Shown here: positions 9,951 to 19,293 of the stretch, in pieces
Layout: each line of letters opens with the position of its first letter
How positions within the stretch are numbered: position 1 is the first letter of the stretch
Made by a program: the position numbers and the translations under genes
Source: Roseibacillus sp.
GTDB taxonomy: Bacteria > Verrucomicrobiota > Verrucomicrobiia > Verrucomicrobiales > Akkermansiaceae
Direction of reading: 5' to 3'
Length of the DNA: 64,000 nt
Assembly: GCA_051251855.1 (NCBI GenBank)
Contig: JBPOGI010000001.1
Location: forward strand, 1,344,001 to 1,408,000
The notes under the pieces: generated by a model
What the model was told of the DNA's origin: nothing
What the model saw: the letters and a program-made list of their open reading frames with translations, nothing else
Databases searched by the model: none

Positions 9951-10080
9951 GCCGAACGTTCAATTACACCGAATCCGACCGACGCAGTGCCCTTTCATTA
10001 TTTTCACCACCTTCCCTCCTCCAGTCAAGCCTCCGACCCACCAGCGGTGGTCGAACTTATGGCTCTTCGTTTTGTTCTGA
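9951..10080 (-). repeat. attC-like element, copy C
   Basis: 130 bp; GAAC...GTTC ends; right half nearly identical to copy B (CCTCCAGTCAAGCCTyCGACCCACCAGCGG). Confidence 0.6.
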
Positions 10081-10099
10081 TACACCTTTCGCCTCTCAT

Positions 10100-10458
10100 T
10101 TATGTAGGGTCTTCGCGAGTCCTCAAGAGTCGCTTCCCATAAATTATTAGAGATTGTCCAAGCCTGAACTTTGACTCACCGTTAGTCTTGACTGTCAAAG
10201 TGACGTCTTCGTCACGCTTCCAATTCTTTCTCTCTAACAATGCCCTTGGCCTGACTCCTACCCTGCCGAGGAGAGGTCAACCGTATCCTTATGGCGGCAC
10301 CTTCGCTCATATTGCGGTCGGCAAAGCCGCTAGGCTTTCCAGATAAGGAAGAAGCCATCGCACTCGGAATGCCACAAATTCACAATGGCCAGAGGCGATC
10401 AGGCAATTTGATTCGCGGCGAAGAACTGCAGGGCTAAGACGAGAATTAGATTACGCAC
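10100..10458 (-). pseudogene. Possible decayed cassette gene
   Basis: Signal-peptide-like start MRNLILVLALQFFAANQIA interrupted by stops; a later fragment ends just before copy C. Confidence 0.3.
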
Positions 10459-10857
10459 ATCTAGAAAAGTAGTGCTATTGGAAAATTTTCATAAGTGAAT
10501 ACGCAATTTTCGCACCTCTGGTGTCATTAGATTCTGAGTAGGGAGCAGTTAATCTGTGGGGCCGGGTTAAAGGTGATTCTTTGCGATGCTGGGAGCAGTG
10601 GGCTGCTTCGTGCCAGTTAGCTGACTCGAACCTTTCTCCCTGACCGCTCCTGACCGCTAGGAAATCTCAAAGACAACGAGCCATCCTGTAACAAAAATAT
10701 CAGCATCGCACGGAGGGTGGATCCTCCAATCTTGACGAGCCGACCTTCGCGCGATTCAACCACTACCAACACTCTCCCCGCGTCTGCTATTCCAGCAGGT
10801 CCGGGAGCCACCTGGCAATCGCCACGGCAGGCTCCTGAGTAGGGGTCGTCGTGTTGT

Positions 10858-11547
10858 TTGCCTTTCACAACCAACCGAAAGGAAACCCCAACGATGAGTC
10901 CCATGATGGAAGAAATGTTAGTACAAGAAGTCGTGCCTCGCCTGCGAAATGCAGCAAGCACAATTCCGAAAATCGGCCATGAAGACAACGATGAAATCGT
11001 TCAGGACGCCACTTTGATGGCGGCCCGAATGATGGACTCCGCCGAAAAGGCAGGCCGCAGATTCACCGCCGGAACCATGTCTTACTATACGATCAAAGCT
11101 GCGAGAAGCGGACGCCGTAGTTATTACAGTGGTCGCAGTGAAGCATTATCAGCCGGTTGTCAAATCGACGGCAAGGCAAAGCACCAATGGATGGATATGG
11201 AGGTCGAGTTCGAGAACGGAGATGTCGGGACCTTGCACGACGTCATAGCGCCCAGTCGCTACTTTGGCCAAGAACCCGATCCTGCCGAGGAAGCCGCACG
11301 TAATCTCGATTGGGAGGCCTTTTTCGCCAATCACTCGAAGCGCCACCGCAAAGCCATTCTTGCACTAGTTGAAGGTAATACCATGCGCGAAGCTGGAAGA
11401 CGATGTGGCCTCAAAGATAGCGCCGCGCTGAACTTGAAACGCCGCATCGCCGCCGACCTCATCGAGTTTTTCGGCGAGGACGTAATCCGGTGTTTGTTGG
11501 ACGGCGCGCGCCCTCACTGGGAATCCGGTCTACAGATATCGCGTTAG
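10858..11547 (+). CDS. Sigma-factor-like / HTH DNA-binding protein; start may be ATG at 10894
   Basis: DNDEIVQDA region-2-like segment and C-terminal region-4-like HTH (ILALVEGNTMREAGRRCGLK). Confidence 0.55.
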   Translation: MPFTTNRKETPTMSPMMEEMLVQEVVPRLRNAASTIPKIGHEDNDEIVQDATLMAARMMDSAEKAGRRFTAGTMSYYTIKAARSGRRSYYSGRSEALSAGCQIDGKAKHQWMDMEVEFENGDVGTLHDVIAPSRYFGQEPDPAEEAARNLDWEAFFANHSKRHRKAILALVEGNTMREAGRRCGLKDSAALNLKRRIAADLIEFFGEDVIRCLLDGARPHWESGLQISR

Positions 11548-11713
11548 CGGTATCTACCGTGTTACCGATGAATTCAATGCGTCAGAGCAGTCGAAGACAC
11601 GAGGTCACTCCCAGAATCCTGAGCATAAGCTTCGAGATGACATCGCCGCGCGAAAAAGCAACCTGAGTAAAAGTCTTCAACAGCCGCAGAATAACAAAAC
11701 AACAAGCTTGCCA

Positions 11714-11749
11714 CGCCACCTTCGTTGAGGGTGGCGGGCCTGCTTTTTT
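11714..11749 (+). terminator. Intrinsic terminator
   Basis: CGCCACC/GGTGGCG stem followed by a T tract. Confidence 0.6.
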
Positions 11750-12011
11750 ATCTCCCTCCATCGCGACGGCTTCATCAAAGCTGGCTCAACACCCGGAGGA
11801 TTGATTACTGAAATCCTACCAACAGTTTTAAAAGGCTAAGCAATGTCCGTTCAGACACTGAAAACGTTCGACCCCACAAAAAACGCAAAAATCCTTCGCC
11901 ACTATTTCGCCAGTAAGTGGCCACAAACCCCTGCATTTGGGTGCATACTGCTGCATTTCCAACACACACTAAATCCGATTCAACCCTTTAACAGAAAGAG
12001 ATTTAAGAGAG

Positions 12012-12085
12012 AGGCGGCGGGCGGATTCGAACCGCCGAATACAGGTTTTGCAAACCCGCGCCTTAGACCACTTGGCCACGCCGCC
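12012..12085 (-). tRNA. tRNA-Cys (GCA), CCA not encoded
   Basis: GGCGGCG/CGCCGCC acceptor stem, anticodon loop TTGCAAA, T arm GGCGG-TTCGAAT-CCGCC. Confidence 0.95.
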
Positions 12086-12230
12086 TTAGTTTTCTTCCGC
12101 TCAAACGCGAACGGGCGCAAGGCTTAGAGTCTCGACGGGAAGCTGTCAATCCCCCTCTTGCTCGAATCTTCCATTCCGTCACAGAAAAGCGTGTGCCCTC
12201 CAGCACTCTTGGGGTTAGAATATCCCGCGC

Positions 12231-13790
12231 ATGGAACTGTATCCCCGAGAATCCGAAAATCGCCCTGAGGCTCCCGCCATTCGCGCCTCCATTCATGTCG
12301 GCGCTTCGGCCATCTCCATGCTCATTCTCGACTGCGGAGATCCCGAACAACCACTCCCTCTTGAATTCCTCGAACAACCCCTTCCCTTAGGTCGAGACGT
12401 TTTCTCCAATGGTCTGGTTTCGCGCTCTACTACAGAGCGAGCCGTCGAAATCCTTACTGGGTATCTCGTCTCTCTTCGCGAGCTCGGAGCTGGTCCTGAA
12501 GAAGTCTCACGCGTGGTCGTTTCCAATATTCTTTCTGAAGCCACCAACAAGGAAATCGTTTCCAACCGTCTCTCGGTAGCCACCGGACTATCCATCGAGA
12601 TTCTTGACGATGGTGAAATGACCCGACTCGTCTACCTCAAGACCCTACGCCGACTCCACGAAATTGAGTCCATGAAAAAGCGGGTCACGCTCGTCGCCCA
12701 CGTGGGTCCCGGTAATACGCGCGCCCTTCTTTTTGCGAAAGGCCACATCGACGAATACGAATCCTACCGACTTGGCACCCACCGTACTGCCGAAATCATC
12801 GACGCCTCCTTCACCGAGGGCGAGGCCCAGCTTCGCCTCATTCGCGACAGCGCCTCGGGACCAATCTCGCGCGTCCAGTTCGACCTCCGCGAGCACCAAG
12901 TAGAAGAGCTCGTCCTCATCGGTTACGAGATTCAACTGCTAGCCCCTTACCTTCTCAAGTCCGAAAACGCTTCCCGTTGCTCAGTCAAGGCGTTACGCAC
13001 TCTTTGCCAAGAAGCGGCCAATCTTCCAGAAGACCAACGCGCTGCCGCCTACCAACTCGACTACCACACCGCCGACGCGCTTCTTCCCGCCCTCCAGATC
13101 AATCTCTCCATCGCAGAGGCATTCGGAGTTAAATATATTCACATCCCTACCTCAGATTACGAGCGAGGACTCCTCCACGATCTGCCCTTCTCTGCTGGCC
13201 TCACCCGCGAGTTTGAAGACGAGGTGATTCGTTCCGCATCCAACCTCGCCGAAAAATACGAGACCCATAGTAATCACGGAGAACAAGTCGCTTTTCTCTG
13301 CAAAAGACTCTTCGAAGAAACGCAAAACCTTCACCGCCTCTCGGACCAAGACAGCCTCCTCCTCCACGTCGCGGCTATCGTTCATGAGGTTGGAGGTTTC
13401 GTCAGCCCCCACGCGCACCACAAGCACTCCCAATACATCATCCTTAATTCCGAAATCTTTGGACTCTCAGAGCGGGAGCGCACCCTGGTCGCCTTAATCG
13501 CTCGCTATCACCGCATGTCAGCCCCCAAGCTCACCCACGATCTCTACCGCGCGCTCTCCCACCCCGACCGCATTCGGGTGAGCAAGCTTGCCGCCCTCCT
13601 CCGCGTCGCCGACGCCCTTGAGCGTACCCACTCAAACCGTGTCCGAGACCTCACCGTATCCATCGTCAAAAACAAACTCGTCCTCCAACTTAAGGACATC
13701 CCCGATGCTACCGCCGAACGCCTCGCCCTTGAGGGTAAGGCCGACCTCTTCCAAGACATTTTCGGCCTCGAAGTGATCATCAGCGAATAA
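12231..13790 (+). CDS. ppx: Exopolyphosphatase, Ppx/GppA family with HD domain
   Basis: Ppx/GppA-type N-terminus, VHEVG...HHKHS and IARYHR motifs; adjacent to ppk1. Confidence 0.88.
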   Translation: MELYPRESENRPEAPAIRASIHVGASAISMLILDCGDPEQPLPLEFLEQPLPLGRDVFSNGLVSRSTTERAVEILTGYLVSLRELGAGPEEVSRVVVSNILSEATNKEIVSNRLSVATGLSIEILDDGEMTRLVYLKTLRRLHEIESMKKRVTLVAHVGPGNTRALLFAKGHIDEYESYRLGTHRTAEIIDASFTEGEAQLRLIRDSASGPISRVQFDLREHQVEELVLIGYEIQLLAPYLLKSENASRCSVKALRTLCQEAANLPEDQRAAAYQLDYHTADALLPALQINLSIAEAFGVKYIHIPTSDYERGLLHDLPFSAGLTREFEDEVIRSASNLAEKYETHSNHGEQVAFLCKRLFEETQNLHRLSDQDSLLLHVAAIVHEVGGFVSPHAHHKHSQYIILNSEIFGLSERERTLVALIARYHRMSAPKLTHDLYRALSHPDRIRVSKLAALLRVADALERTHSNRVRDLTVSIVKNKLVLQLKDIPDATAERLALEGKADLFQDIFGLEVIISE

Positions 13791-13804
13791 CTTGCCTTTC
13801 AAAC

Positions 13805-15892
13805 ATGCCCGACCAATTCATCAATCGCGAACTCTCCTGGCTTGAGTTCAATCAACGCGTCCTCGAACAAGCAAAGAGACCTAACATCCCTATTCTCGAG
13901 CGTGTCAAATTTCTCGCCATCACAGCCTCGAACCTCGACGAATTTTTCCAAGTGCGCGTGGGTGGGCTCACAATGATGCGACGTTCTGGTTCAACCCTGC
14001 GCGATCAGACCGGCCTTACCCCCTCCCAACAGCTGGCCCAGATTCGTAAGCGCTGTCAGCAAATGTCCGAAGAGCAATATCGCATCCTCGTCGACGAAAT
14101 TTCTCCCGAGCTCTCCCAGCGTGGATTGATCTACTTGCAACCCAAAGACCTTACCCCCGAAGAGCGCATTGGAGTCGACGACTACTTCTCCTCTTTCATT
14201 TTCCCCATGCTCACTCCTCTGGCACTAGAGTCTTCCCAGCACGCCATTGCCCTTCCTTCTCTTCAAATCGTCATTGCGGCACGCCTCGAGTCCGCCGAAG
14301 AGACTCGCTACGCTTTCGTCCCCATCCCCATCAACATTCCTCGGTTCATCTCGGTTCCTCGTGAAGACGGCGAAGGGTTCGTCATGTTAGAGGACCTTGT
14401 TCGCTTTCATCTCGGCGACCTCTTTCCTCGCGAAACAGTCACTGGCACAGCCCTTTTCCGCCTCACCCGCAACACTGACATCGCCGTTGACGAGGAAGAC
14501 GCCTCTGACCTCATTGACGACATGAAGGAAGTTCTCTCCGCTCGGCGCTTCTCGGCCACAGTCCGCCTACAACTTCGCACCGGAGCCCCTCGCGACATCA
14601 CGCGCCTAATCCAAGAGCTCACTGGAACCGGCCCCGGCCACCTTTATCGTGTCCCAGGTCCCCTGGCGCTCGCCGAGTTCATGCAGCTCGCTTTTCGTCC
14701 CGGTTACGATCATCTCCGAGAGAAAAATTGGGCCCCACAACCCCCTCCTGCTCCCGACCCTGCTATCTCAATCTTCGAAGCCATTGCCTCTAAGGATGTC
14801 CTGCTTTCTCACCCCTACGAGTCCTTCGAACCCGTCGTGCGCTTGCTCAAGGAATCAGCCGAGGACCCCGGTGTTCTCTCCATCAAACAAGTTCTCTACC
14901 GCACCGCCGAACAATCGGGTGTTATCGACGCTCTCATTCGTGCTGCGCAAAACGGCAAGCAAGTCACCGTCCTCATCGAGCTCAAAGCACGCTTCGACGA
15001 GGCTCGCAACCTTCACCGCGCCGAGGAGTTGCAACGCGCCGGAGTGCAAGTCGTCTATGGCGTCAAAGGGCTCAAGACCCACGCCAAGATCACCCTCGTC
15101 TCTCGCAACGAAGACGGACGTTTACGCCGCTACGTCCATCTCGGCACTGGCAACTACAACGAGTCCACCGCCCGACTCTACACCGACATTTCTTACCTCA
15201 CCTGCCGCCCCGAGTATGGCGCCGACGCTTCCCTCTTCTTCAACGCCGTCACTGGCCGCTCCAAGCTCGTTCGTCTTCAAAAACTGGCTCCCGCACCCAC
15301 CATGCTCAAGCAACGAGTCCTCGAGCTCATCGAAGGTGAAATCAGCCGCGCCCAGCAAGGAGACACCGCCCTCATCATGGCCAAGATGAACTCGCTTCAA
15401 CATCCCGAAATCATCTCCGCACTCTACAGAGCCTCCCGCGCCGGAGTCGAAATCAAACTTAACGTGCGAGGCATCTGCTGTCTCAAGACCGGCAACCGCA
15501 AGGACGCGAAAAACATTCAAGTGGTCTCCATTGTCGATCGCTTCCTCGAGCATGCCCGCATCTTCTACTTTCATCGCGGGGGCGACCCCGACATCTACAT
15601 TTCCTCCGCCGACTGGATGGTTCGTAACCTCGACTCCCGCGTCGAGCTCATGACCCCCATCGAAGACCGTTCATGCAAGCGCCAACTCATTCGAATTCTT
15701 GAAGCCTGCTTCAAAGACAACACCAATTCATTTCTCATTAGAAGCGACGGCACCAGCACCCCCATTCAGCCAGCCAAAGGAGAACGCACCTTCCGGCTCC
15801 AAGAGCACCTCTACAAGCAAGCCGCCAAAGCTGCTCGCAACCACGAGCGCCAGAAAGCAACCACCTTCGAGCCCTACCTCCCCAACGACTAG
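13805..15892 (+). CDS. ppk1: Polyphosphate kinase 1
   Basis: NRELSWLEFNQRVL, SNLDEFF, ELKARFDE, KTHAK, HLGTGNYN, RFLEH. Confidence 0.97.
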   Translation: MPDQFINRELSWLEFNQRVLEQAKRPNIPILERVKFLAITASNLDEFFQVRVGGLTMMRRSGSTLRDQTGLTPSQQLAQIRKRCQQMSEEQYRILVDEISPELSQRGLIYLQPKDLTPEERIGVDDYFSSFIFPMLTPLALESSQHAIALPSLQIVIAARLESAEETRYAFVPIPINIPRFISVPREDGEGFVMLEDLVRFHLGDLFPRETVTGTALFRLTRNTDIAVDEEDASDLIDDMKEVLSARRFSATVRLQLRTGAPRDITRLIQELTGTGPGHLYRVPGPLALAEFMQLAFRPGYDHLREKNWAPQPPPAPDPAISIFEAIASKDVLLSHPYESFEPVVRLLKESAEDPGVLSIKQVLYRTAEQSGVIDALIRAAQNGKQVTVLIELKARFDEARNLHRAEELQRAGVQVVYGVKGLKTHAKITLVSRNEDGRLRRYVHLGTGNYNESTARLYTDISYLTCRPEYGADASLFFNAVTGRSKLVRLQKLAPAPTMLKQRVLELIEGEISRAQQGDTALIMAKMNSLQHPEIISALYRASRAGVEIKLNVRGICCLKTGNRKDAKNIQVVSIVDRFLEHARIFYFHRGGDPDIYISSADWMVRNLDSRVELMTPIEDRSCKRQLIRILEACFKDNTNSFLIRSDGTSTPIQPAKGERTFRLQEHLYKQAAKAARNHERQKATTFEPYLPND

Positions 15893-15966
15893 TAAAGGTT
15901 TCGCAAACAAGCTTCCAAGTATCAGCCTCGACTCAGCGCCAAAAAACACCCAGTCTCCCGCCCTCA

Positions 15967-17220
15967 ATGCCTCAGCAGGACAAAAACATTCGCCGCGCCG
16001 CCGTCTCTATTCTTCGAGCTTGGTCCAAGGGCCACGTCTACGCTGAAAACCTCATCGACAAGCATGCTCGCAAGAACAAGCTCTCGACCGCTGATCGTGG
16101 CTTGCTCAATGCCATTATTCTCGCTGTTCTGCGCAATCGGCGACTCCTCGATTTCTACATCGGGCATCTTCGAAAAGGGAAACTCGACCACGAAACCCGC
16201 GATATCCTCCGAGTCGGACTCGCCCAAATTCTGCTCCTCGGCATCCCCGAGCACGCCGCCGTCAACGAGACCGTGAACTGCGGTCGCGCACCCGTGCGCG
16301 GGCTCATCAATGCCGTCCTTCGCCAAGCTATCGAGCGTCGCAAAGGCATGATGTCCAAAGCGGCCTCTCTTCCACCAGCTCAACTATACTCCCACCCCGA
16401 TTGGCTCGCCAAGCGATGGCGCGGACAATTTGGTAAAGACCACACCACCGAGTTGATGCACTGGAACAACTATCCCGCCGACACCACTCTGCGACTCAAC
16501 CCTCTGCGTCCCGACTCCGCCGCACTCGCGACCGACCCACGTCTCGAAGCCATTCCTGAAGTCGACGGATTCTTCATCCTCGACGGAGCCGTTCCCCGCG
16601 ATTGGACCGAAGCAGGCCTCGTCTACATGACCGACCCTGCCACCCGCTTATCGGTCGAACTCCTCGACCCTAAGCCTGGCGAAAAAGTGCTAGACGCTTG
16701 CGCCGCCCCCGGTGGCAAAGCGGCCTTTATCGCGGCCAAGATGAATAACCAAGGCCAAGTCCTTTGCACCGACCTCAACGAACTTCGCCTTCCCCGCCTT
16801 CAGGAAAACCTCACCAACTTAGGCGTCACCATCGCTGAGACCAAAGCCTTCGACTGGACCTCCCCCCCCCCCGAAGAGTGGCTCAAAAGCTTCGACGCCA
16901 TCCTTCTCGACGTCCCCTGTTCTAATACAGGTGTTCTGCGTCGTCGAGTTGACGCTCGATGGCGCCTCACTTCCGAACAAATCGATGAACTTACAGTCAT
17001 CCAGAAAACCATTCTCACCAACGCTACCAAGTGCCTAAAGCCAGACGGACGCCTCGTGTATTCAACCTGCTCCATCGAAACTGATGAGAACCAAGACCTC
17101 ATCTACCCATTTGCAAAAGGCCACAACCTAACCGTCGCCGAAGCCCGTCAATCCTTGCCCCATCGCGACAAGCAGGACGGAGCCTTTGCCGCCCTACTGC
17201 GCTTCCGCGAGGGCGCGTAG
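15967..17220 (+). CDS. rsmB: 16S rRNA m5C967 methyltransferase
   Basis: NusB-like N-terminus, LDACAAPGGK, DVPCS, YSTCS. Confidence 0.92.
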   Translation: MPQQDKNIRRAAVSILRAWSKGHVYAENLIDKHARKNKLSTADRGLLNAIILAVLRNRRLLDFYIGHLRKGKLDHETRDILRVGLAQILLLGIPEHAAVNETVNCGRAPVRGLINAVLRQAIERRKGMMSKAASLPPAQLYSHPDWLAKRWRGQFGKDHTTELMHWNNYPADTTLRLNPLRPDSAALATDPRLEAIPEVDGFFILDGAVPRDWTEAGLVYMTDPATRLSVELLDPKPGEKVLDACAAPGGKAAFIAAKMNNQGQVLCTDLNELRLPRLQENLTNLGVTIAETKAFDWTSPPPEEWLKSFDAILLDVPCSNTGVLRRRVDARWRLTSEQIDELTVIQKTILTNATKCLKPDGRLVYSTCSIETDENQDLIYPFAKGHNLTVAEARQSLPHRDKQDGAFAALLRFREGA

Positions 17221-17263
17221 TCCAACCTTGCCCTCTCCCTCTCAAAAGAGTTAAACTCTCTCC

Positions 17264-17428
17264 ATGAAAACCTTCGTCAACTTCACCCTCGCCATCCTTC
17301 TGCTGATTGCCTTCGTGGGTTCAGGTGCCTTCTTCGTCATAATTTCCAGCGATCTCAAGCTGGAACGTAACGAACCCGCGAACACCATCCCTCCAGCTAC
17401 AGAGGCTGGAGAGGCTCTCGAAGAGTAG
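17264..17428 (+). CDS. Small single-pass membrane protein, 54 aa (not in ORF track)
   Basis: MKTFVNFTLAILLLIAFVGSGAFFVIISSDLKLERNEPANTIPPATEAGEALEE; fills the intergenic gap. Confidence 0.6.
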   Translation: MKTFVNFTLAILLLIAFVGSGAFFVIISSDLKLERNEPANTIPPATEAGEALEE

Positions 17429-17433
17429 TAGTG

Positions 17434-19284
17434 TTAGGCTTGGATCAGCTCATCATCCTCTTCCCTAGACAAGGCTAGCGCGCAGTCAATCAGTGCCAAG
17501 TGACAATACGCCTGAGGAAAATTCCCGAGATGGCGACGAGTCTTGATATCTAGATCTTCTCCAAAGAGACCATGCTCGTTTGATGCCGCGAGCAGGCCTT
17601 CATACATCTCGCGAGCTTCCTCCTTCTTCTTAATCTGCACCAAAGCTTTCACCAACCAGAACGAACAAACGGTGAAGGCACTTTTAGGCTCGCCAAAATC
17701 ATCGTGATTTCGATACCTGAACATAAGCCCATTTTCACAAAGCTCTTCTTGGGACTTCACCACCGTCGATACAAAACGAGGATGGGTCGGCTCGATAAAT
17801 CCATACTCAGCCATCAACAGATTAGAAGCGTCCAGATCATCCTCGCCGTAAGCTTGTACAAAGGCGCCCTTCTCTTCGTCCCAACCCTTTTCATGAATAT
17901 CTTCATGAATCTCTTCCATTGCAGGTCGCTGCATATCGGCCCACTCATTCTTACCAAGAAGCTCCGCAATCTTAATCGCACGATCCATTGCCACCCAACA
18001 CAGCATTTTAGAAAAAACAAAGTGTCTCTTATCTCCACGAATCTCCCAAATTCCCTTATCGGGTGTTTTCCACGTATTCAGAACAATGCGAGATACCGCT
18101 CTTACTCGTGTCCAAATATGGTCTAAGGACTCTGGCGTGCGCTGCCTCTGTAAAAGATCTTGATAGACGACATCAAGCATCACCCCATAAATATCATGTT
18201 GCGACTGGGTGTAGGCCGCGTTGCCAATCCTCACCGGATTCGACCCCTGATAACCCGACAGGTGATCCAGCGTGTGCTCCGTCAAATCACGTTCTCCCCG
18301 AAGACCATACATGATCTGTAAGGAATCATCCTTCGTCGGCATCGTGCGGAGCATCCAGTCGATGAAGCGCGTCGCCATTGCGGGATGCCCAATTTTGTGA
18401 AGAACCGCCACCGTCATCGAAGCATCACGAATCCAACAAAAGCGATAATCCCAATTTCGTTCCTCCCCAATCGTCTCCGGCAACGAAGTGGTCGCTGCCG
18501 CCACCAAAGCACCGGTAGGGCTGAACTGCAGTAATTTGAGAAGGAGCGCACTCCGAATCATTTCGTCCTGATACTGAACCGTCTTGTGTGTCCTCGCCAC
18601 CCAGAGCAACCAATAGGAACGCGTCCGTTGCAACATCAACTCCACCAACTCAGAATCCGGCTCCTGCACCTTATCGTGATAACTTAGTAAAAAATAGCCA
18701 TCCTCCGTAAGCTCAAGAGCTTCCCCGCGCTTCACCCCTTCAGCATCCAAATCAGTCCACAAATAGACCGATTCATACACATCACCCTTCTCGGACTGCC
18801 ACTCTGTCGTCGCTTTCAGTCCACCTTTGTGACTCTCAATCTTGGTGACGTCCTGCGCATACTCTAACTGTGGGTCGAAATTCACCTTCACTCGGGGCTT
18901 TCCGCTCACCACCCGCAAGACGCGCACAATATCAGAGGCCACGTCCCCCCTCGTACCCGCTCGTCCATCCCATGTGTAGCGAGGCATGAAGTCGATCACT
19001 TCAAAGGCTCCTGAGCGGCCTTCAAACCGGGTCACGAAAATATTCGTGTTCCGCTCATAGGCTTGCGAAGCCACCTTCCCGTCCTCCATGGCGATTCCAA
19101 AGCGTCCACCTTTTTCCTCGTCTAACAAAGAGGCAAAAACGGTTCCCGAGTCAAAGTCAGGCAAGCAGGCGAAAACAATACTCCCCAGCGCGTCAACAAG
19201 AGCACAAGTGCGCCCGTTGCCAATCAGAGCCATGTGGTAATCATCGTGGAGGCCGATCTCGTCGGCAGAAGAAACTGAAGTCAT
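17434..19284 (-). CDS. Glycoside hydrolase family 15, probable trehalase
   Basis: TTSLPE, RNWDYRFCWIRD, GIWEIRG, GNFPQA; directly downstream of trehalose synthase. Confidence 0.9.
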   Translation of the reverse strand: MTSVSSADEIGLHDDYHMALIGNGRTCALVDALGSIVFACLPDFDSGTVFASLLDEEKGGRFGIAMEDGKVASQAYERNTNIFVTRFEGRSGAFEVIDFMPRYTWDGRAGTRGDVASDIVRVLRVVSGKPRVKVNFDPQLEYAQDVTKIESHKGGLKATTEWQSEKGDVYESVYLWTDLDAEGVKRGEALELTEDGYFLLSYHDKVQEPDSELVELMLQRTRSYWLLWVARTHKTVQYQDEMIRSALLLKLLQFSPTGALVAAATTSLPETIGEERNWDYRFCWIRDASMTVAVLHKIGHPAMATRFIDWMLRTMPTKDDSLQIMYGLRGERDLTEHTLDHLSGYQGSNPVRIGNAAYTQSQHDIYGVMLDVVYQDLLQRQRTPESLDHIWTRVRAVSRIVLNTWKTPDKGIWEIRGDKRHFVFSKMLCWVAMDRAIKIAELLGKNEWADMQRPAMEEIHEDIHEKGWDEEKGAFVQAYGEDDLDASNLLMAEYGFIEPTHPRFVSTVVKSQEELCENGLMFRYRNHDDFGEPKSAFTVCSFWLVKALVQIKKKEEAREMYEGLLAASNEHGLFGEDLDIKTRRHLGNFPQAYCHLALIDCALALSREEDDELIQA

Positions 19285-19293
19285 CGAAATATT

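Larger units (their letters stand above)
1..12011. mobile_element. Probable genomic island / accessory region at the 3' end of tRNA-Cys; left end outside window
   Basis: Only hypothetical, defence-like and cassette-like genes lie left of the tRNA 3' end; housekeeping genes start right of it. No integrase or att direct repeat seen. Confidence 0.5.

Noticed and set aside
11545..11571. Possible premature TAG at the end of the sigma-like gene
   Set aside because: Readthrough adds only a few codons; cannot be judged without homologues.
11843..12127. 94-aa ORF
   Set aside because: Antisense overlap with tRNA-Cys; no protein features.
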